Shown here: in pieces, positions 26,036 through 37,516 of the stretch
Numbering within the stretch: position 1 is the stretch's first letter
Layout of the letters: every line of letters begins with the position of its first letter
From: Utricularia gibba
Taxonomy: Eukaryota > Plantae > Magnoliophyta
DNA: 64,000 nucleotides
Assembly (NCBI GenBank): GCA_002189035.1
Contig: NEEC01000023.1
Span: 248,001-312,000 of the forward strand
Reading direction: 5' to 3'
Program-made: the position numbers and the translations under genes
Notes under the pieces: generated by a model
What the model was told of the DNA's origin: nothing
The model's input: the letters and a program-made list of their open reading frames with translations, nothing else
The model's database searches: none

Positions 26036-29000
26036 ATGGAGGAATACCCGGAGGAGCTGCGGACGCCGCCGGTTGCTTTAGCTTGCCTCGTCGGATGCTC
26101 GGATGTTCACGGTTTGATCGCCGCGCATCTCCACTCGCAGCAGCCTCCTATAAACACCATCGCATTGCCGGATTTCTCGAAGATCTCCGTTATTCCTCCG
26201 AAGAAGCCGCCGAGGGAAATTTCCGATTCCGTCGCTGGAATCATTAAGAGGGATTGGCTTTCCAAGCACCGGACCAGGATTCCGTCTGTGGTTGCGGCGT
26301 TGTTTACCTATCAGGATGTATGTGGCGATCCTGCTCAATGGCTTCAGGTCTGCACCGATCTCGACAATCTCAAGTACGCCTCATTCTTGCCCCTTTCAAT
26401 CAATTTTTCGGAAGTCACTTCGTTTCAGTAGTGAATACCCTTTTGTCATTGTACGCTGGTAGGGCGTCGGTTCGGGGAAGAAACATCAAATTGGTTTTGG
26501 TTATTGTTACACACTCCGCTAATAGAGGTCAGTCAGCTCCTGAACCCGGTCAGCATCTAGTTTTTTTCCACTTGGTCTGAGCTTCAATCCGATGGTTTTT
26601 GGATTTATTGTTTTGATCTCTGCGTTTATCTGGGATGTTACCTAGGTTCCCGTTAACGGCATTTTGTCATTTATCCTTTATTCATAATGCACCCAAAACA
26701 TTGCAATTTATGTTTACTTGTCTTACAAGAAGCTCTACTGCAGACTACACATGTGATGATCGAGTAACTGCCTTGCGAAAACGCTCAGAGGTAGATGCGA
26801 AGAATCTTATCATTTTTGTGGCAGACGATCAAGTCGAGCTTCAACAGTCTCTTGGCAGGTACATGTGCTAGTTTGATCCTCCGTGCGCTGTTCTTCATTT
26901 GGTCTTGTCATGTTGTCATTAGAGAAAGCTAATCATCTGCACAGGGCAGGCTCTCAACATCCTTTTCAGATCTGGCAAATACTTATTACAAAGATGAAGG
27001 TCGGAGAATCAAAGTGCGTCTTGAGAGGAGAAGTTTTAACTCATTGGAACTGAATGTCCGCTACTGTTTTAAGGTGAGCTATTCGTTAATTAAGGGATCC
27101 CTCAGAAGTCACTCTTCCTCTTACGACAATGTTCCATCACCCAATTTTCAAGTTTAGCTCCTCAAAAAATCTCACTGCTCTGATGCTGTCTAAACAATTT
27201 CAACAAACAGGGTGCTGCATATTCAGAATTCCGGAGAGATTGGCCTGAAGCACTCAAGCTATATGAGGACGCATATCATACTTTACCTGAGGTACATATT
27301 CAACTAAAGCTGCCAATTATATCTTTTTTTTTATTTACTAAATTTTGTAATATACATCAGCCTTTACATCAAGAACTTATTTATGCTTATCATGCCCTTT
27401 AAAGCTATTTTATTGTTTTAATTTTTAATTAATTGTGTAGGCTTTATTACATTTGAAAGCATGGCCCTGTATTTCATATTTTGAACGTTTCTCTCCAATC
27501 AACACCCTGTTCATCACTGCATAGAGGATTTTGAGATTTTCGCATTTATGTGGAAACTTCTTACTAATGTTGCTCTTACTGTCCTTGTAAGTGTTTGGCA
27601 TTTATAATCTTGTTAATTGAATGGTCAGATGGTTATCAGTTTCATCCTGCTCTTTTTGTTTTTCTTTAATCAAATTCAATTTGCACCCCACTAGAATTGT
27701 AACTATTTTCAATGCAATTAACAGATAGTTGAGAAATCAAGTGAAAGGGCACCAATCCAACACTTTGTGGAGATAAAAACTGTTGCAGAATATTTGCATT
27801 TTAAGATATCAACACTATTGCTGCATGGTGGTAAAAATGCTGAAGCAATACTGTGGTTCCGGAAGCACACTGCAAATTATAGGAAACTCTTAGGAGCACC
27901 TGAAGTTGCCTTCTTGCACTGGGAATGGTTTAGCCGGCAATACCTAGCATTTGCTCAGGTATTAGAGACAAGCATGGTCAATGCTGCGCAGGTTTCAAAT
28001 GTGCTACCTGTGGCTACAGAGAAACCAACTGAGCGGGAACTTTGTCCTGCTTATTATTATCAGGCAATTCCTTCTTGCTTATCAATGGGAGATTCTTTAG
28101 CTATGGAATGTGTTTTATATCCTTTTTTTTTTTTTTTTGCATGCAGTTGGCAGCTTTCTACCTTCAGGAAAAAAGTAAATGTCTAGAAGCTGCTGTATCC
28201 ATGTCTGAAGCCTTTGGTGCTGCTGAAGAAGAATCGGTAGTCAGTTCTTTGTATGTTGGTCAGTTTTCCAGGCTACTCGAGCATGAGGGAGATGAGATAA
28301 TGCAGTCGTGAGTCTAAACTGCCCAACTCTCCTATTTCCCTTGAAAACCTATGTTGTATTTGAAATTTTGAATTCCTGAAGTATTAACTAGTATTTTGTT
28401 TCATAGAACTGTTGAATATCTTCATTAATTTTGGGTTGCAGCCTGACAGATGAGGAATTTGTTCGATACTCTATTGCAGAAGGCAAAAGGTTCAATGATT
28501 CCTTCGATATTATTGCACTCCTCAATAGATCATGTGAAGCGTACAGTAGCATAAAGGCTGAGAGAACTGCCACCTACGGCTCACTCCTTATGGCAAGAGA
28601 ATATTTTTCAGTAGGTGAACTGGGTAATGCTAAGAAAATATTTGACAGTGTTGCAAGTATTTATCGTCTTGAAGGATGGATATTACCACTTTGGGAGGCC
28701 TTGGGCTACTTGCGTGAGTGCTCTCGGAAAATGAACTCAGTTAAAGATTTCATGGAATACTCTCTTGAAATGGCTGCATTGCCATTGAGTAACAATGCCT
28801 CTGAGATACTTTCAAAGGGACCAGCTGGACCTGCAACTCTTTCTCAAAGACAAAGCATTTACAAGGAAGCATTTGAGGTTGCTGGCGGTGAATCTCTAGA
28901 TAAAAGTGATCTCAAAGTAAATGGTGATTATCCTCTTTATCTGGATATTGATGTGGCTAGTCCTCTGAGGGTCGTACTTCTTGCATTGGTTGCATTTCAT

Positions 29001-30975
29001 CAACCGGTTGTTAAACCAGGCTGCCCGTCTCTGATTACTATAGCAATTCAATCCCGTCTTCCTGCAGATGTTGAAATTGATCAACTGGAGGTGCAATTCA
29101 ACCAATCTGAATGTAATTTTATCATCGGAAATGGTCAGAAGCCGAACGCAGCTTCAATCTCTTCTTTACAACCTGGACGAAGAGTTGAGATAGCTCACTC
29201 CCTAGGCCTTGCTCCAAACAAATGGCTCCGACTGACATATGAGATAAAATCTGGTAATTTTTGTGTACTTCTGATGTTCTACTATCCTGAGCTAGGCCAT
29301 CATGCCCTTGATATTTATGTTTTTTGGGTTCTCTTGGAAAAACACTCATTAGGTGTATAAAAAAATTGTGTGTGAGAAAAAGCATTCACTGTAAATGTGG
29401 GTTCCTTGTCTTAAATGCACGGTTTACTTTTTATTTTAGACTGAGTTGTCATTTATGTGGACTAGTCTGTATTTCGTATAGTATAAATACTCTAACTGCT
29501 ACATAACAAGATTATGCATCGCTGCAGATCAGAGTGGAAAGCTTGAATGCATATATGTGATTGCAAGGATAGGATCACATTTGACTCTATGCTGTCGAGC
29601 TGAAAGCCCTGCCTCAGTGAATGAATCGCCAGTTTGGAAATTCGAAAGCCTCCTTCAGACTACTCCAACCAAGGATCCATGTCTTGCGTTCTCCGGACAA
29701 AAGGCCATTCAGGTTGAAGAACCAGATCCAGAAGTGGATCTGGTTTTAGGTTCCTCTGGCCCTGCGTTCGTTGGAGAAGAATTTCTCTTACCTGTGACAG
29801 TTTCGTCCAAGGGTCATGCCGTGCATTCTGGTGAGTTAAAGATAAATCTAGTAGATACTAGAGGAGGTGGCCTGCTTAGTCCCAGAGAGGAGGAGCCGAT
29901 TTCATCTGACTATCTACATGTTGAGCTTGTTGACATAACCTGCACCTCATCAGAAAATCAGTATGGGAATCCTCTAGACAGCATTCAGAAAATTCAGCCA
30001 TCTTTTGGATTGATCTCTGTTCCGTCACTGGAAATTGGGGACATGTGGTCCTGCCATCTCAAAATTCGATGGAATCGTCCGAAACCTATCATGCTTTTTG
30101 TATCTTTGGGATATTGCCCTGAGAGTGGTCAGAAAGTGCATGTTCATAAAAGCTTGCAGATTGAAGGGAAGCCTGCTGTTGCAATAAGCCATCGCTTTTT
30201 GCTTCCATTTCAGCGTCACCCTTTGCTGCTGTCCAAGATCAAGTCAGTCCCTGAACCGGATCAGGTGCCGCCAATGGCATTGAATGAATCAACAGTGCTC
30301 GTGGTTACTGTTAAGAATTGTTCTGAGGTTCCGTTGAAGTTACTGTCTATGTATGTCGAGGCAGAAGATAATAATGAGGCATGCAGCTTCCATCCAAGAA
30401 GCGTGGATTTCAGAGAACCTGTCATTCACATGCCAGGCGAAGATTTCAAGCAGATTTTCATCGTTGTCCCCCTGATGAATGCTGATAAATTGAAGATCGG
30501 AGTTGTCAATCTCCGGTGGCAGAGGGACTCCAGAAATGGAGACAAATCGCAGATCCCCAGCTCCACCTCTCAAGTCACCAAATACAGACTTCCTGAAGTG
30601 AGTGTTGAAGTGCCTCCTCTGGTTGTCAGCTTCGACTCCCCACCTCATGCCATTCTGGGAGTTTCCTTCATCCATTCTGTCAGAATCTTGAACAAAACAG
30701 AGCTGATCCAGGAGATGAAGTTCTCCCTCACTGATTCCCCCGGCTTCGTGTCGTCTGGACCACACAGCGACACCATATTCATCCTTCCTGGCTCCGCACA
30801 TGTCCTCAGATTCATGCTCGTGCCCCTTGGTGTTGGCCCTCTGCAGCTCCCCCGCGTCACTCTGACCTCTGTGCGGTACTCGGCAGGCTTCCAGCCCACT
30901 GCCACATCTACCAGTATCTTTGTGTATCCTTCGCAGCCTGGCTTCAAGCTGAATGATGCTCAAGAGACTCGATGA
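26036..30975 (+). CDS. TRAPPC11: Trafficking protein particle complex subunit 11
   Basis: MEEYPEELRTPP..GIIKRDWLSKHRTRIPSV, LANTYYKDEGRRIK..RYCFK, AEYLHFKIS..WFRKH..HWEWFSRQYLAF, and large exons 28440-29252 and ~29529-30975. Junctions are in frame, and one intron is GC-AG. Confidence 0.92.
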
Positions 30976-31525
30976 CCCTCAGGATGCTTGTGTCAATCTC
31001 TACAGTGCACTCCTCTGCAAAGCATTGGTACAACATGCCTATGATAAGAAAGTAAACGATATAGCTGCTTCGTTCCTTTAGTGTCGCGGTTGGCACCTTT
31101 ATGATGATGGTTCCGAGTGATTGCTTGCTGGTGCTACCAGAGATTTTCCCATTTTTCGATCTATTTTTAAAATGGTTTATTATTCATTTTCATATTTAGG
31201 TTATATGTTTTGTCCCGTTTCAATTAAGTGATTAATTGTGAATTTGTTTAATGGAAATTTTGAAAAACTTGTATCAAAATCAATGCAATCCTTAACAATT
31301 AGCAATGATTTGGCCTGCGGGATTCTCGTTCGTGTAAATATCAACTTGAGGGTTTTTTTTTTTTTTTTTTGATGGTTATCACATTTCAGTTGACGACGAA
31401 CTGAGGAAGAAGAGACAGTGGTGTGGTTCTCGATTTCCTTGTTTTGGGTTTGCTTGCAGTGCATTGGATTTCAATTATCCTTCAGGTTTCCCTTTCGTCG
31501 ATTCCAGAAATACACTCTGTTTCCA

Positions 31526-33413
31526 ATGGACGCGGACAGGTGGGTGAATATCCCAGAAATTTACGGGAGTTTTTCAGTGTTTATGGGTTTTTGCTGGAAC
31601 GAAGCTTTTTTGTGACATGGGTTTGTTGGAGGCGGATTTCTTAGTTGCCGCCAATTTTTTAATGGCTTCTATGACGTGCCACATTTGTGCATTCGGGTCT
31701 TTCGGTTGTAAGGTGCTTCGCTTTGATATCCCAGGCTGAATTCCCGGATACTTCGGCAGTTTTGATTGAGCTTCTAGGCCATCACCTTCAGTTTTCACAG
31801 GTAGTTTTACTTGATCAGTCGGAGATTGGAAGATTTTGCTTCCTTTACTTCAACGAACTTGGTGTTTCAAAGTTCAAGATGCAAAAAGTAGACTTTGGAA
31901 GTAATTGGCAGGGATCGTAAGTGTTTGGAAGGGGTTGAGAGTTCTAAAATTTCGTGTAGACCTCCTTACTCGCGTGATTGATTTTGGTATATCTTTAGGC
32001 TTTTCATACTACGGTTGAAAGCACTGCAAAACCCTACCTAAATACTTCCACTTTAGATTGATTTTCAATGATAAGGAAAGAATGCTGCCTATGACTCAAG
32101 AGGATCCGAAATTAGCTTTCAACAACCTTTACAGGATCCAAACTCAAAGCACTTGGGGACAACTGTTTGGGATGCATCAATGGTGCTTGCCAAATTTATG
32201 GTAATCTTGAATCTTTTTAGTATTGATTCTCCTACATATGTTAAATGAGTTACCGTGAATTCCTTTGTAGGAGAAGAACTGTAGAAAGGGGAAGTATTCA
32301 TCATCTAAACTAAAGGGTAAACGAGTGATAGAGCTTGGAGCAGGCTGTGGACTAGCTGGATTTAGTAAGTTTCTAATAGTGTACCAAAGTATTAAGTGAA
32401 CTGTCGGTAAATTTCATTCAGAAGGATTGAATGCATGTCTTCAGGCATGGCCATGCTTGGCTGCGATGTCATTTCAACTGATCAAACAGAAGTTTTACCC
32501 TTGCTTATGAGAAACATTGAACGAAATACTTCTAGAGTTCAGTTGACAAATGATTCAGGTATGCTTCATGAAACGATCTACTGATGCAGAATGGCAGAAC
32601 ATTTTCCTTCTCTTCCTAAGTCATAAATTCCCCTTTGTAGATGCATTTGGTTCAATCCAGGTCTCTGAGCTTGACTGGGGCAATTTGGATCATATAAAGG
32701 CTGTTGATCCACCTTTTGACTTTATAATTGGCACCGACATTGTGAGTTGCAGACATTGCAGAGCACCTACTATTTGGGGCTGTCTCATATTTTGTGTAGG
32801 TTTATGCAGAACATTTACTAGAGCCTCTGCTGCAGACATTGCTTATGCTATCCGGCCCAAGAACCACCATTATGGTATTGTATTTTTCCACCCTTTTCAT
32901 AAACAAGACTACTAGTACTCCTCTTCACTAACGAATCATTTGCAGTTGGGGTATGAGCTTCGTTCCACCGATGTACACGATAAAATGCTCGATTTATGGA
33001 AGAGAAATTTCGTGGTTAAAAGCATTCCTAGAGCCAAGGTAATAAATTTGCAGTTGCTCCATTTATTTCTCAGGTCCCAAACGCGTCCTCCCTTACTCTT
33101 CTTGCAGATGCACTCTGAGTATCAGCATCCAAGCATCCAGCTATTCATCATGAGCCTACGACCTTCAGATGGTCGGATTAACGATGCATATCCTGAGTTC
33201 AAAAGTTCAAGGTCTGAGGAAAACAAAGAGGACCCAGAGGAGAATGTTGGCTTAAACAGTGATCCTGAAGAAGCTGATGACTCCAACTCCTCTCAAACAG
33301 ATGAAAAAGCTGGAAACCCTGTGCCCCTGCCCGGCCAAAAACTCAGTGATTGGGAAGCAAGGAGGTATGGGGCTATGGCTGCTCGGTTTCTTCGTGATTT
33401 TAATATAACATAG
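31526..33413 (+). CDS. METTL21-like protein N-lysine methyltransferase (apparent 1-bp frameshift in exon 2)
   Basis: Nine exons: DPNSKHLGTTVWDASMV, KGKRVIELGAGCG, ELDWGN, IIGTDIVY, LGYELRS. The frame breaks at 31743-31745. Confidence 0.88.
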
Positions 33414-33805
33414 CTCTGTCAAGATCGTTTTTTTTTTTCATCAAATGGATTTAAACGACTTCCAAGCTACTCGTTAGGCAGTCTTTTTAGCACCTGTTTG
33501 CTTATCACTTAGTTGTCTTCCTGGCGGCACCATTGCTGTGTCATAGGGGTGACAAAAAACCGAAGCCTGAGTATTATTCGAATTTCAGCTCAAAAGTGAT
33601 CAAACTCATAACTGGAATCCATTGGGAACCACAAGGGTGTGGTGTAAAAATCAAGATTTACTAGTGACTGCATTTCATTGTCATGAGTTTGAGTAGTGAA
33701 TTGCATTGCAAGGAGCCAAAATCTACTTGTAAGGTGTTAGTGCCTCTACCCTTCATTAGGAGCTCTACCTACACTCTGAAGAATGTACAACAAGTCAGGA
33801 AGCCG

Positions 33806-34083
33806 CTACATCATCGGAGACGGCGGGGGATTGACCGCCGGGGAGCACCCCAACGGCTCATAATTCACAAAGCGGCTGGGAGCGGAGGACCGGCGCAGTC
33901 CCTTGGGCATGCAGTTCTTCACGTCCCCGCCATGGAAGAACCGTTGGATCAACGGCTTCAAAATGGTGTAACTGACGCCGGCCGTCGACGGAGCGCTTTG
34001 CGGGATCGGTAGTGGCGTGCGGCGGCCGTCGGAGACAGCAGAAGAAGAAAAGCTGCGACGAGAATCAGAGGAGAAGACGACAT
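33806..34083 (-). CDS. Putative small secreted peptide precursor (about 92 aa after a 1-bp correction)
   Basis: ATG 34083 gives a signal peptide MSSSPLILVAAFLLLLSPTAAAR. Adding one base at GG 34014-34015 joins it to PLPIPQSAP..FFHGGDVKNCMPKGLRRSSAPSRFVNYEPLGCSPAVNPPPSPMM*. A TATA box lies 48 bp upstream. Confidence 0.7.
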
Positions 34084-34130
34084 CGCTCGCTGTTCGAAGT
34101 AATGGGCAGGAGGAGTCGGTTGGGAAGCCC

Positions 34131-34138
34131 TTTATATA
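34131..34138 (-). promoter_or_regulatory. TATA box of the peptide gene
   Basis: TATATAAA on the minus strand, 48 bp upstream of ATG 34083. Confidence 0.65.
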
Positions 34139-34348
34139 GCCATCCGCAGGCACATAATTTGTTTTTTTTTAAATAAAATTATTAATTATCCACTGGCAAT
34201 TTTTACCCTGAAGGGTGAATCTCATGACCACTTACGATAGCCGGTCACATGACGTGTTCTTACCGGCTACGACAGTTAAATCCTTTTACTCCTTTGGAAT
34301 TATCCCCATCATTAAAAATCACCACTGAAAATTAACTGCGCGTCTAGT

Positions 34349-34382
34349 GGGTCGGGTCGGGTCGGGTCGGGTCGGTCGGGTC
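34349..34382. repeat. (GGGTC)n microsatellite
   Basis: About seven units of gggtc, one of them imperfect. Confidence 0.9.
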
Positions 34383-36422
34383 AGCCTGAGCCCGGCTACA
34401 AAAAGAAGGTGGGTACGGCCACTAAAGCGGTACGGCGGGACTTCACTTCACATAACTAACTTTACTGGTTACTTTTACGTACATAGTGTTTTTTTTTCCC
34501 ACATGCTTTTGCTCTGGCATCCACATTATTGAATATAAAATAATGTATGGTTTCTATTAATTAATGCCTCTCTTAGACACACTCTCTATAAATTTATTGA
34601 AATTTGAATCTTATGTAGATGATTGGTTTTTACTTCTTCTATATTTAGATTTCAAATTTTAAAATTATTTTACCATCTTAGGTCGTGTTGGATAGTATCA
34701 TTTAATTAATAATGTTTTCAACTTATTCGTATTTCGATAAACATGTATTATATGATTAATATTAAAATTTGTTTGGTACATAAGTTTTGTTTAGGAGAAT
34801 TCTACATCGATTATGTATGAAGTAGATGAATAGTTTATATCAAATTACATTCTATAATTTTGCATGATACATTTTTTCTCGAAAAGAAAAAATATGAAAT
34901 CATAAAGATTGGATATTTTAAGCTTATAACATAATGTAAAAATATGGTAAAAGTGTTTTATAGTTATTTTGAAAAATATTAATGTATTATTAAATTAATC
35001 TATCAAAGATAAGTTATTACTAATATTATATTTAGAAGATTTTGTCCTTTTTTAGTTATTTAGAATCATAATTCGTGTATTTTTAATAAAAAAATAGTAA
35101 TAGTAACACGATGCGGCTGGTGCGGTGCACCCTGCAATAACAACACACGCGTGAGGCGGGTGTGGTAAATAAAGCGCCAAGTGTGGATATAAAGAGGCAT
35201 TTATACAAACACCTGCATGCCATTAATGAGAAGATGCTAAGCTTGCAATTTCCGCCTCTCCCGATTGCGCGCTTCAATGGCGGCAAGCGTATTTCTCTTC
35301 GCCTTCATTTATTTCTTCGCCCCATTGATAAATACGGTTCCGCTGTTGTGTTTCTGAACCCCTTTATTATCCGGGGGAATTAAAAATGGGTGGGGGGAAG
35401 ATTGAAGACAGTGTCCGGCCGTTTTCATGCTTCCTATGTTATCGCTTTTCGTAGTTGGGGTAATTGCTCGGATGAATTGTGGGTTCTCTGGGTGGTTTAT
35501 GGGTAGTAACTAGGGTGGCTTTTTGGTTGATGGCAGTATATGTTGGTGTCATAAGTTTGAATTTAATTCTGTATCGATGGGAATGTCGCTTGTCTTTCAA
35601 TATTTATTTTCATGTGTTTAATTCTGAGAGTTGGGTTTTTTTTTATGGTGAGCATTTTATTCAACCGTGCAAAGGACAAGAACGTATTGGCGGCTGTAAT
35701 TGCAGGGCATCAACCTCAGTTTTTAGAAATGGAATAACCGGATGATTAACTGTCTTGCTACTGCAATTCCTGTTTGCATGTACTTAGCTGCTGCTTCATT
35801 GGGCTTGATGTTGCTTTTATATTTTTGAACTGGCTACCTGAATCACAATATATAGTCTCTATGTCTATGCACGAGAAGCTGCAGTTTAAGTTTTTGTTTT
35901 TTTTTTGTAGTGGTTCAATATATCAGTTGAAACACAAGGAATAAGTTGATAAGAATCTGAGTTTTTCATTAAAACTTCTTCTCATGTTACTGCAACATCT
36001 GTTGCAGGTTGCTAGCTGTTAGTTTTGATCAGGCTTTGTTGTTTGCACATTCTTGAATTGAATACATAACCTACACCTGCAGTCTTTTAGTTTTAGCGTA
36101 TGCATTGAACTGAGCGACGTAAAGGTCTAGAATGCAGTTGCAGCTGCAATTTTGTGTTGAATCACTCAGTTGAATAAGTTGATGGAAAGTGAGTTTTATG
36201 GGAGTTATTGTTACGCTGGTGCTTCATTTGATGATCTCCACTAGCTTCTTAAGTTTCATAAAGCTTTTGTCTTTTGAAATAGCTACCGCCACCTACAGAT
36301 TCTCTAGTTTTATTGGCATCATTAGTATGCTTAGAATATCTGATTCCTTAACTTCATTCTGTTTACCGTGCCTCTACACCCACTTTTCTCTGCATTCTTT
36401 TTGCTGCACTTGTAATTCACGA

Positions 36423-37178
36423 ATGCAACACTACATCTCTCCAAAATGTTATAACTTGCAACCCCTTAAATCCCACAGTTCTCCAAAATGCTGCATCCAA
36501 GAATACTGTCAAGTTGCAAAGTCGAGGTATGATACGGCCATCGGGTGCTTTGCCAGAAACTGCAGCCTCTGTTGCAGCTGCTGCAACAGTTTTTGGTGTG
36601 GCTATGACGTTCCTTATCCAAAGGACTAAAAGTCCTGAAGTTGATGAGGTATATAAAGTTTTACCAATTCAGTCAATGCAAAGCTTTTAAAAGATCATGG
36701 ACTATGATGACGTGCTGTTTTGAATAACCTCATGGAAATTTTCTGTCATGCTATTTTAAAAATGTCCTCAAACGTTCTCATGAAATAGATAGGAACCCAA
36801 AAGAGTCTGTGAGGACTGTGGAGGTTCAGGTACATGCTCTGAGTGCAATGGAGAAGGATTTGTCCTCAAGAAATTGTCAGATGAAAGTGCAGAAAGAGCA
36901 CGGCTGGTGGCAAAGAACATGGCAACCAGATACACTGCAGGGTAAATATTTCAAACTCACAATTTTTTTCATCTACATATGCACAATGATACTCTGAAGG
37001 GTTCAATCTTGAGAGGTAGACTAGTGAACATGTGAAAGCAGATGCACATTTTACGCAAGCGTTTTTTTGTTTATGAAATGACAGCCTTCCGAAGAAATGG
37101 AGCTACTGCACGAAATGTTCATCAGCACGACTGTGCAGTACATGCGGAGGAAGTGGTATATCAACCCGCCGGAACTGA
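36423..37178 (+). CDS. DnaJ-type cysteine-rich Zn-finger thylakoid protein, FIP (FtsH5-interacting protein)-like; start codon unresolved
   Basis: Exons ending 36648, 36793-36941 and 37085-37178 give LPETAASVAAAATVFG..VCEDCGGSGTCSECNGEGFVLKKLSDESAERARLVAKNMATRYTAGLPKKWSYCTKCSSARLCSTCGGSG. ATG 36423 is out of frame with this. The only in-frame ATG is 36529. Confidence 0.8.
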
Positions 37179-37516
37179 CTGACTGAAGAATCAGGTAAGA
37201 AATGTACACGATCTGGAAACTGCATATGGGGAAGATGAGGTACTCATTGAAGTTTGGTTATAACTCCTCGCTGCCTGTTTTTTGTGCAATTTTACACTGT
37301 GGATCCGGGGGCATTGCCTTTTCTTCATGGGATTTGTGCATTTCAAAGTTGCTACAAGGTTATGAACAACCACCGTTTCAGCAAATGCCACATCTTATGC
37401 AATACAAAATATATATATATATATATGTACAGTACAATGCACACACTTCCATGTTCAAGCAACTGTGAATATTCTATAAAACCATCTTCAAAGCCAAAAA
37501 CGCAGCTACAGGAGAG

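Noticed and set aside
30340-30963. 207-aa minus-strand ORF
   Set aside because: Antisense shadow of the TRAPPC11 last exon.
33806-34153. 115-aa ORF MPADGYIKGF.. as the true gene start
   Set aside because: Its 5' end overlaps the TATA box and it lacks a signal peptide. The ATG at 34083 plus one base fits much better.
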